A stretch of DNA of 64,000 bases from Patescibacteria group bacterium (GTDB taxonomy: Bacteria; Patescibacteriota; Microgenomatia; UBA1400; PJMF01), in assembly GCA_040879165.1 (NCBI GenBank), contig JBBDKV010000017.1, forward strand, positions 23,739-87,738. Direction: 5' to 3'. The position numbers and the translations under genes were made by a program. Below are positions 56,441 to 64,000 of the stretch, one piece after another (the stretch's first letter is position 1; the number at the start of each line of letters is the position of its first letter). The notes under the pieces were generated by a model, which made no database searches, was not told where the DNA came from, and saw only the letters and a program-made list of their open reading frames with translations.

Positions 56441-57394
56441 ATGAATACTGATGATAGTTTGCCGACTGATAGTGATCTAGAGGACAGCTCCTTCCAACCA
56501 CAACACAGTCGAACAACCTTTTTTAAGAAAAAATTGCTACTACTCTTACTGCTGTTTGTCGGAATAGGTGCTGTAGTGGCAGGTTATTCTTGGTATCAAA
56601 ATCAACAACCTACCGCCATTGATGAAACAGTGTTTCAGGATGCTCAAGGAGTAATAGCCACAGTTGGTGAGGAGCAGATTTTCCAATCAGATCTGGAACA
56701 AATAATTCCACTTCTTCCAGCTTCAGAAAATACGCAAGAACAAGGTCTGGAAGTATTGGTTAATCATTCGATTATTTTACAGGCGGCTCAAGAAGAAGGA
56801 GTAATCGGTATTCCTAGCGAATTGTTTAACAAGCCATATAAAAATCAGAGTGCTCGTTTTGAGTTTGTTGATCAAGTTCGGCAAACTATTGAATCCAATT
56901 TTTCAGTTATTCAAGGCTCAGTAGTATCTATTTATTTCTTAAACGAGTCTCCTGGTATCATTGGTTATGAGGCGGGAAGAGAATTTGCTCAACAAAAAAT
57001 TAACGCCATACATCAGCAAGTAACAAATGGTGAAATAACTATGCAACAAGCTGGGCAGATGATAGCAGCAGATGCAGAATTAGAACGAGTTGATTCGGCA
57101 TTTCGCAGCAATGCTTACTTCGAGTTTAGCGCTGGGCCAGATGAAGGAATCGTTATTGACCCGGATCTTGACCCAGCCATTCGAGCGCTTGACCCAGGAG
57201 AAGTAAGCAGTGTGTTGGTAGGTAAGGGCATGGACTTATCTGATTGGTCTCCAACTAGTGATGTCCAAGTAGAAGTGGTAGATGCTATGTTTATGTTTGC
57301 TCAAGTTGATAAAAAGGAAACAAACTTAGAGTATAATTCTTTTGACGAATGGCTCGAAGCCAAGCGAATGGCATATCAAGTAAGTTATGAATAA
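56441..57394 (+). CDS. Hypothetical membrane-anchored protein
   Basis: 317 aa, one N-terminal TM (LLLLLLLFVGIGAVVAG). Overlaps the next ORF by 8 nt. Confidence 0.45.
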   Translation: MNTDDSLPTDSDLEDSSFQPQHSRTTFFKKKLLLLLLLFVGIGAVVAGYSWYQNQQPTAIDETVFQDAQGVIATVGEEQIFQSDLEQIIPLLPASENTQEQGLEVLVNHSIILQAAQEEGVIGIPSELFNKPYKNQSARFEFVDQVRQTIESNFSVIQGSVVSIYFLNESPGIIGYEAGREFAQQKINAIHQQVTNGEITMQQAGQMIAADAELERVDSAFRSNAYFEFSAGPDEGIVIDPDLDPAIRALDPGEVSSVLVGKGMDLSDWSPTSDVQVEVVDAMFMFAQVDKKETNLEYNSFDEWLEAKRMAYQVSYE

Positions 57395-60300
57395 AATTCA
57401 TCGCATAGTACTAGCAGTTTTATTGATATTTTCAGGTTTGTTCCTGAACAATTCAGTTAGTAACGCTGCAGAAACCGCTCCAAATGTGAATGGTCGAGTG
57501 CGCCATGTTGACGGTATTACACCAATAACTAGTTTTGGTAACGCGAATATTTGGCTCGATTGGGAAGTGCTTGATAATTTGCAGGACACCGCAGCGCAGC
57601 GCAAAGAGCAAAATCCAGATGGCAGGCGTTTTGTCCGCACCTCTAGTGATGGTAGCTATACCTTTCCACACTACAATCCAACAGATGGTGAAAATAAAAG
57701 TATTTGGGAAACAGCTTCTGACTCATATACCTCAAAAAATTTGAATGAGCTGCTTGATCTTGCCAGAAATCAGAGTGATCGCTACAAAAGAATGCGGTAT
57801 GAATACCAAGCTTCCCACTGGTATAAATACGGGTGCCACCAAAATTCCCACATGCTTTCAGTTGTCACGCCAAATTCAGTATCAGGTCAAGGCGTTTTTA
57901 TCGCCTCTGATGGTGTGCCTAGCTCCACAAACCACTACACGACTGACCTTCCTCAGAGCTACCAATTTGATATGCCCAATGGCTCAAACAGCTTGGAATT
58001 TAATTTTAAGTGGTTGCCTACAGGGCAAACGCCAGTCTGTCCCGAAACACTGCCAGTACGATGCAACCCTCAAGTTCGAGACGCTGAGGGCAATATCCAA
58101 GCTACCATTTCCTGGAATCATCCTGCATACTCCACAGCAGCCTCAGGTGAAGAAAACGACGTCACTCAGTTTTTAGTTCGAGTTCATAACACAGCACTTA
58201 CCTGGGCAAATGATTTAAATTATCTTGTTGACCCAATGTATTCCGGCGGAGATACCAATCTACTCAATGGCAATAATCGCAATATCATGGTTAGAAGCAA
58301 TCTCACCAGCATTCCACTCTTCGTTACTCCAGGTCAAGAATATAATTGGTCAGTTCAACCTGGCAAAAGAGATTGGCCCGCACCACATGGTAGCCTTTGG
58401 AACAATGCCCCATACCAATCACCAAATAATTGTTTTGGAGTAGCGATACGGTGTAATGAGCCAACTACCGATCCAGACTCAGATTCTGAAGGAGAAACGT
58501 CGCAAGGCGAAATGCACACCCTTTCTTGTGCTAATTACGAAGGCGGTCAATCCAGTGCAATTAATTATCATCACCGCATTAACATCGATGCAGACAGCAC
58601 ATTCCTTGATACTTTTACAACAGGACAATTAGTTTTAGAATTTTCGGCTCCATCAGACAGTCAGTTAGCAGGAGTAATAGATGGTTTCTTCGGCAATCAA
58701 GTACTGTCTCAATCCACAGTAAATGGAAATACGGTAACGCGAGTTTCTCTTATAAACCTAGGACGTGAAGACTTTAAACAATCTTGGAGAGAGTGGTCAG
58801 TTGCTTCAATTCAGATTCCTGACACCCATCAATTTAGCAATGGTCAGACGATCAGCGACCTTGATACTCAATTACTCGCAGCGGGCATTGATTCAGTATT
58901 GCAAAATACTCGAGTAATTTTTCTCAACAATAGTCAAAACTCGGAAGGGGTTTTTGTTCATGCTCGACCATTAGAAATGGCGTGTCAAACATCAACGGGC
59001 GGCGTTCCAGCTGCATGTCCTGATCCAAATAGCTACAGTATTACACTAGACAATCCAACTCAAGTTGTTGATCGTGATAACCCGAATTTTTTGGTGAATT
59101 GGAATAGCTCACCCAGTCAATTATCAGGTGTCACAAACTACGAGGCACTACTTTTTAATAACCAACAAACCAACATTGATCAAGCATATGCGTCTCCGAA
59201 TGCACTTATAAAAAAGACTCCTGATGAATCAACGAAACAGGCATTATTTAGCATTGATGACATTAATGATCTCAATGATCATGAAATTGGCGTAGCAATT
59301 CGTCCTCTGGCTGGCGCACAAACTTGCCCCTGGACAAGAAACACCCTCACATTACAAGAGGAAGTTGATGTGAATTTTAGAGTCAAAGAGCCTGACACAG
59401 CCTGCATACCAACTGACTCACACCAACTGATATCAAACGGCCTACTTGGCAATTCCACAATCAATGGTGAACCAATAGCTGACAATCCAATGACACTAAA
59501 TTTTGACTACAATAGCAACAACAATAGGATTACTACCAATTTTATTAATACCGACTACTCATGCGCCAGCATGTGTAGCCGCACAAATTGCAATCCTTTG
59601 ATTGATTCTGACGAGCAAGAAATTGACATCCTTGTTCACACAGGTCAAATCTACTCAAGTTGGTGGCAGACTAGAGGCGGGCTTGTGTTCGCCCAACAAC
59701 AAATTAGGTCCAATCTTCCATTACTCAGCGAAGTCCTAAATCCACGTTGTAATGATCTAGAAAGCTGTGTTCCATTTATTATTCGCACTGATCGATTTAG
59801 CCCGACGCAAAGAAGAGAAGTCAATCGAACAGCTGGTATTCTTATGACTGATGGAGAGTTGCAAAATACGGCACTTGACGGCTCAAGTGTAAAGGGATGG
59901 GCAACTCAACGCCAACGAAATCAGTATGCAGAGGGTGCAAGCGCCCATATCGAATCTAACTATAGATATTCTGATTTTAGAACCTTGGTCAGTCCTCCTA
60001 ATGCTACAGCAAAAGCTTCCATATCATCTAGTGACATCACTTCACAGCAGGTTTCGCACTGGTCGGGTGAAGTTGAAATTCCAAACCCAATTCAAATTGA
60101 ACCAGGTGGTCAGCATATAGTATTTGTTGACGGTAACTTGTCAATCAACGCAGTTTCAGAAGGTCAAAAAATGATTACTGTGCCAAATGGATCTTTCTTA
60201 GCATTTATTGTCAATGGCAACATTACCTTCAATGGACTAGTTGGAAGTAGTGATTTTGAGAGTGAGGATCCCTTAGTAGAAGGAATATTTATGGCTGAGG

Positions 60301-60539
60301 AGAGCATAGTTATTAATTCTCTAGGAGCAGGTAATGATCTTAAATTCATCGGTGCCGGCAGCTTTATTGGATGGACTAATGTCAGTATGAACCGCAATTA
60401 CAATGACGTTGATAAGCCCGAAGAAGAACAATTCAATGATCTCTACGCTACAGAACTTTTTATACACCGTCCTGATTTGGTCATCAGTACCCCTGAAATT
60501 CTGAGGGAAGCGTCAGTAACTTGGCAAGAAGTCAATTAA
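57387..60539 (+). CDS. Large secreted or cell-surface protein (1050 aa), function unknown
   Basis: An N-terminal signal peptide (IVLAVLLIFSGLFLNNSVSNAAE). Asn/Ser/Thr-rich with many Cys pairs. No recognised catalytic motif. Confidence 0.5.
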   Translation: MNKIHRIVLAVLLIFSGLFLNNSVSNAAETAPNVNGRVRHVDGITPITSFGNANIWLDWEVLDNLQDTAAQRKEQNPDGRRFVRTSSDGSYTFPHYNPTDGENKSIWETASDSYTSKNLNELLDLARNQSDRYKRMRYEYQASHWYKYGCHQNSHMLSVVTPNSVSGQGVFIASDGVPSSTNHYTTDLPQSYQFDMPNGSNSLEFNFKWLPTGQTPVCPETLPVRCNPQVRDAEGNIQATISWNHPAYSTAASGEENDVTQFLVRVHNTALTWANDLNYLVDPMYSGGDTNLLNGNNRNIMVRSNLTSIPLFVTPGQEYNWSVQPGKRDWPAPHGSLWNNAPYQSPNNCFGVAIRCNEPTTDPDSDSEGETSQGEMHTLSCANYEGGQSSAINYHHRINIDADSTFLDTFTTGQLVLEFSAPSDSQLAGVIDGFFGNQVLSQSTVNGNTVTRVSLINLGREDFKQSWREWSVASIQIPDTHQFSNGQTISDLDTQLLAAGIDSVLQNTRVIFLNNSQNSEGVFVHARPLEMACQTSTGGVPAACPDPNSYSITLDNPTQVVDRDNPNFLVNWNSSPSQLSGVTNYEALLFNNQQTNIDQAYASPNALIKKTPDESTKQALFSIDDINDLNDHEIGVAIRPLAGAQTCPWTRNTLTLQEEVDVNFRVKEPDTACIPTDSHQLISNGLLGNSTINGEPIADNPMTLNFDYNSNNNRITTNFINTDYSCASMCSRTNCNPLIDSDEQEIDILVHTGQIYSSWWQTRGGLVFAQQQIRSNLPLLSEVLNPRCNDLESCVPFIIRTDRFSPTQRREVNRTAGILMTDGELQNTALDGSSVKGWATQRQRNQYAEGASAHIESNYRYSDFRTLVSPPNATAKASISSSDITSQQVSHWSGEVEIPNPIQIEPGGQHIVFVDGNLSINAVSEGQKMITVPNGSFLAFIVNGNITFNGLVGSSDFESEDPLVEGIFMAEESIVINSLGAGNDLKFIGAGSFIGWTNVSMNRNYNDVDKPEEEQFNDLYATELFIHRPDLVISTPEILREASVTWQEVN

Positions 60540-60729
60540 CGTATTCTTTTTTTTCAAAACAAGATTGGAAGCATGCTGCTATGCAGAGCATGAGTGGTGG
60601 ATCTATTGCAATAAAATTCCGTGCGCATTTTGACTAAAGATCAAGCTGATTACACATGCAAAAAGAGCGTATATGCAACAAAGATTAAGAAGTAACGCCT
60701 GAGCTAGAATTCGTTGAAGTAACGACAGC

Positions 60730-61989
60730 CTATCTTGCCACAATTCTTAAGATTGCGTCATCTCCCCGCCTGACAGAACCTCGACCATCTCGATTGCTGG
60801 TACCAATATATATCGCGCCATCAGGACCTACCTCCACCACACGCACTCGTCCCACATCGACTTGTGGCATTTGTTCATGAGCAACCACTTGGGTGGGATC
60901 ATCAAGGTCAAAAACTACTCGATATAAGCCCGTGCCACGCAGACCCCCAAACAAAAAACTACCTCTCAGCTCTGGAATCAAATCAGCATCATAAAATGCA
61001 GCCGTAGCTGGCGCTACAGCCGGTGTATAGACTAGCAAACCCGTTTCCATACCTTCACCAGTCTGTTCGTGCGAGATCACTGGCCACCCATAGTTGCTAC
61101 CAGGTTGAATCAAATTAACCTCATCACCACCAGCAGGACCGTCAAAGACGCTTGGTCCATGTTCAGTAGAGTAGAGCTCATTTGTCAGAGGGTGCCATGC
61201 CAAACCTTGGGGATTGCGGTGACCAAAGCTATAGATCTCTGAAGCAGGAAAAGGGTTGTCATCCGGAATACTCCCATCCAAATTGAGTCTAATGATTTTG
61301 CCTGCCAGAGTATCCATATTTTGTGCTAAGTCACGTTCTAGAGCATCACCAACTGTTATAAACAGCTTTTCATCTGGACTGATCGCCAACTCACAGCCTG
61401 CATGATTGCGAGCAGAGGGCAGTTTATCAATGATTTCGTCAACAACTTCCACACTTGAGCCTTGGTCACGCGCAGCAATCACTTTATTGAAAATACCAGT
61501 TGGAGATTGATAGCCATAGCAAATATAGAGCAACTGATTTTGTTCATAATCAGGATGCGCGACCATGCCCATCATGCCAATTTCGCCATTACTCTGAACT
61601 TCATCCACCACCAGTAGTGGCGACTCTGTAAGTACACCTGCCACTACCTCACGAACTCTACCCGGTCGTTCAGTAATCAACATTCGCTCCGACCCAGTAA
61701 AAACAATACTCCAAGGAACCTCTAGACCTTCAACAACTGTTTCAATCTCTAAGTCTATATTTTCAGCAGAAATAAATGATTGTCGATAATCCTCAGCGCT
61801 GGTTGCCGCCATCTTGTCCTGATCGTCCTGGGCAGATTTTGACGAAGAGAGCTGTTCAGCCAATCGAGTGCTTCCGGGAATACTCACAGGCTCAGGTCGG
61901 TACAATGCCAAGTAATCAATTAACCAAACACCAAGCACTCCCGCAAGACAAAGCGTGGTACCGATAATGGCTTTTTTTGTGACTGTCAT
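60730..61989 (-). CDS. PQQ-dependent sugar dehydrogenase (soluble glucose/sorbosone dehydrogenase-like beta-propeller), membrane-anchored
   Basis: HRNPQGLAWHP and GSNYGWP motifs typical of the YliI/sGDH family. N-terminal TM. Confidence 0.7.
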   Translation of the reverse strand: MTVTKKAIIGTTLCLAGVLGVWLIDYLALYRPEPVSIPGSTRLAEQLSSSKSAQDDQDKMAATSAEDYRQSFISAENIDLEIETVVEGLEVPWSIVFTGSERMLITERPGRVREVVAGVLTESPLLVVDEVQSNGEIGMMGMVAHPDYEQNQLLYICYGYQSPTGIFNKVIAARDQGSSVEVVDEIIDKLPSARNHAGCELAISPDEKLFITVGDALERDLAQNMDTLAGKIIRLNLDGSIPDDNPFPASEIYSFGHRNPQGLAWHPLTNELYSTEHGPSVFDGPAGGDEVNLIQPGSNYGWPVISHEQTGEGMETGLLVYTPAVAPATAAFYDADLIPELRGSFLFGGLRGTGLYRVVFDLDDPTQVVAHEQMPQVDVGRVRVVEVGPDGAIYIGTSNRDGRGSVRRGDDAILRIVAR

Positions 61990-62027
61990 AGCAGGAGAAT
62001 AGCACAGGCTGCAGGCCTGTAAAAGTG

Positions 62028-62528
62028 TTAATCAGATATTTTTTCGATGAAAAAATTATTAATTGCCGTACGTACTGCACCTAACACATCCCCCTGAGGC
62101 TGAGTTGAATCTAGTACCTTTTCGTCAAGTCGCCAATTGCCAGACATACCAACAGCCTCTGAGTGTGTCAGTGAGCCATCGCTGCCTTCAGTAATTTGAT
62201 ACCGTATAATGTAGGGAACGTAAAAATCAGCATGTTGCGCCTCTTTCACCCGTACTATCTTCGCCTGTTGTCGCTCACCATCGACCATAATCAACCACGT
62301 CTGATTTTCTTGAGGAACGTCAGGTAAGCGCTTCATTTCAATTGCTTCAGAATCTTTTGGAGAGCTTAGAGTCTCATGCGTTTTTCCTGGTGACTTAGGT
62401 AAAAGTTTACGAAGTTTATTACTAATCACAGCACCAGCACCACCTAAAAACAAAGCCCCAGTCAAGCGGAAAAATTGCCTCCGCCCAATCTTCTCATCTC
62501 CTAAATCATTTGCCGTTTCCACCGCCAT
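62028..62528 (-). CDS. Hypothetical protein with an N-terminal TM/signal segment
   Basis: 166-aa ORF. RRQFFRLTGALFLGG is Tat-like but weak. Confidence 0.35.
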   Translation of the reverse strand: MAVETANDLGDEKIGRRQFFRLTGALFLGGAGAVISNKLRKLLPKSPGKTHETLSSPKDSEAIEMKRLPDVPQENQTWLIMVDGERQQAKIVRVKEAQHADFYVPYIIRYQITEGSDGSLTHSEAVGMSGNWRLDEKVLDSTQPQGDVLGAVRTAINNFFIEKISD

Positions 62529-62587
62529 ACATTCTTTTTTTTCTGTTTATATCGTACCATTTCTCAGTCACGACAAAAAGTATCGCT

Positions 62588-63040
62588 CTACATTTGACCT
62601 AACCACAACCACGCTACGTACACACTCCCAACAATCGCTGCAACAGCTAGGCACTGCCAAAAAATTTGATAGGCAAAGTAGATCGAGTGATTTTGAAAAA
62701 TACTATAACCAAGAAGCGATTCAGGAGCATCAAGTTTTTTCTCCGCAAACTGCTGATTGAACCAATACTGCGTTTCACCAAGACTGCGCACAACCCAAAA
62801 TACCGAAAAAATAAGCCAAAATAACAGCCAGTCAGACAGCAAGAGACTACTCAAGCTAGCCAAAACCCAGAAAACACTGAACACAAGCGCATCGCCCCAA
62901 ACAAACGAGCCGAGCGGAAACAACCAGCGAGTCAAACCAAATGCAGTACGCTTAGTTTTGACTTGTTGCCAAGCAATGAGAAAAATAAACAGGTTCAATA
63001 GTAAAATAAAATATAAAAAAGTGTGCTGAATATACGTCAT
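62588..63040 (-). CDS. Hypothetical integral membrane protein
   Basis: 150 aa, four hydrophobic helices rich in Trp/Phe. Confidence 0.4.
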   Translation of the reverse strand: MTYIQHTFLYFILLLNLFIFLIAWQQVKTKRTAFGLTRWLFPLGSFVWGDALVFSVFWVLASLSSLLLSDWLLFWLIFSVFWVVRSLGETQYWFNQQFAEKKLDAPESLLGYSIFQNHSIYFAYQIFWQCLAVAAIVGSVYVAWLWLGQM

Positions 63041-63210
63041 GACTGTTTGTCGTTTTCAATTACAGCAGGTGTCCTAATTCTGCACCTCAGGCATAGTATA
63101 CGCCACATCATATGTTTTTCACAATCCAGCATGCCATTTCCTACTTTGTGCAAGGATAGATAAATACCAAGTTGTTAGCAGACAATTGATCACTTATACT
63201 ATACATACCT

Positions 63211-63924
63211 ATGTTATCGATTGTCATACCCGCCTTCAATGAAGAAAAAAACGTATCAAAATGTCTTGATGCATTGTGCAGACAATCAACAGATCAAAAA
63301 TTTGAAGTAATCTTAGTGGATAATAACTCAACAGACAATACAGTTGGGATGGCAAAAGAATTTAGCGAAAAACTTAATTTAAAAATAGTCAAACAAGAAA
63401 AAAAGGGGAGAAGTCCAGCAAGAAAAAAAGGCTTTGATGTTGCCCGAGGGGAAATTATTTTTTCTACTGATGCTGATATCGTTGTCCCGTATAACTGGAT
63501 TCATGAGATGGTATCTTGTTTTGAAGATGAAAACATAGTTGCAGTAACAGGCAGGTGTTATATAGATGACTGCAACTGGCTTACCAACAAAATATTTAAT
63601 ACTTTCCATCCTCTTGCAATGCATCTTTACCGAGTGTTTTTTGGACATTATTGGCTTAATGGATTTAGTTTTGCCGTTCGAGCTTCGGTATATACTAAAT
63701 CAGGAGGTTTTGATTCTGAACTAAATGTACAAGAGGATGTTGATTTAGCTATTAAGCTGAGCAAATTAGGAAAAATTGAGTTTTTGGGAAAAGCGCCGGT
63801 TCACTTCTCAGGGAGGCGATTCAATCAACATGGATTACTTAAAGGACTTTGGCCATACCTCAAATCTTTTAGATTTTATCGACAGGGAAATAAAGCTGAG
63901 GCGTACCTTAGCGATGTGCGCTAA
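63211..63924 (+). CDS. Family 2 glycosyltransferase
   Basis: LSIVIPAFNEEKNV...ILVDNNSTDNT and the DAD (STDADIVVP) motif. Confidence 0.8.
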   Translation: MLSIVIPAFNEEKNVSKCLDALCRQSTDQKFEVILVDNNSTDNTVGMAKEFSEKLNLKIVKQEKKGRSPARKKGFDVARGEIIFSTDADIVVPYNWIHEMVSCFEDENIVAVTGRCYIDDCNWLTNKIFNTFHPLAMHLYRVFFGHYWLNGFSFAVRASVYTKSGGFDSELNVQEDVDLAIKLSKLGKIEFLGKAPVHFSGRRFNQHGLLKGLWPYLKSFRFYRQGNKAEAYLSDVR

Positions 63925-64000
63925 AATTTTCGTGTAGTTGTGGAGCGGGAGACGCAAATTATTTTGAACTCCAGCTTGAGCCGCCCCAGGCGTATTTTAA

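Overview
This is a low-GC window from a small bacterial genome. On inference it resembles Candidatus Saccharibacteria or another CPR lineage: tRNAs without encoded CCA, many DUF-type genes and large hypothetical surface proteins. Core genes recognised from the translations include a partial S8 subtilase, a response-regulator/FIST/PAS-histidine-kinase unit, enolase and an epmA-X-efp operon. Others are an S4 pseudouridine synthase, MscS, a PIF1-like helicase, an MFS transporter, an ABC exporter, a MutY-like glycosylase, RarA, RecQ, a MazG-like protein and a thermonuclease. The list continues with an Elp3-like radical-SAM/GNAT protein, a VKOR-DHODH fusion, a VIT transporter, a PQQ sugar dehydrogenase and a GT2 glycosyltransferase. 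I call six tRNAs: His-GTG, Arg-TCT, Gly-TCC, Leu-TAA, Pro-TGG and Gln-TTG. Two accessory regions stand out. One is an integrative element of about 10 kb at roughly 4.5-16.05 kb, abutting tRNA-His. It carries an AbiEii-like toxin, an IS200 copy, an HNH + C5-methyltransferase restriction-modification module and two large translationally coupled unknown ORFs. It also carries DUF5659-like and HTH genes and a tyrosine integrase followed by a large serine recombinase whose 3' end runs into the tRNA. The other is a DUF-rich island at 28.2-39.1 kb ending at tRNA-Gly. It holds a degenerate Fic, VOC proteins, DUF1697/DUF1801/DUF2200, a monooxygenase broken by an in-frame stop, ArsR + SRPBCC, and a Nudix-CYTH-unknown operon with a divergent nucleoside-deoxyribosyltransferase-like gene. 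The most unusual non-coding signal is a recurring module immediately downstream of tRNA-Gly, tRNA-Pro and tRNA-Gln. It consists of a partial direct copy of the tRNA 3' end, preceded by a shared GAGAAGTTTACCCC / CCCCGC-N3-4-GCGGGG hairpin. There are also two degenerate tRNA-like pseudo-copies. No CRISPR array and no phage structural genes were seen. All functional calls rest on motifs read from the translations, not on database searches.
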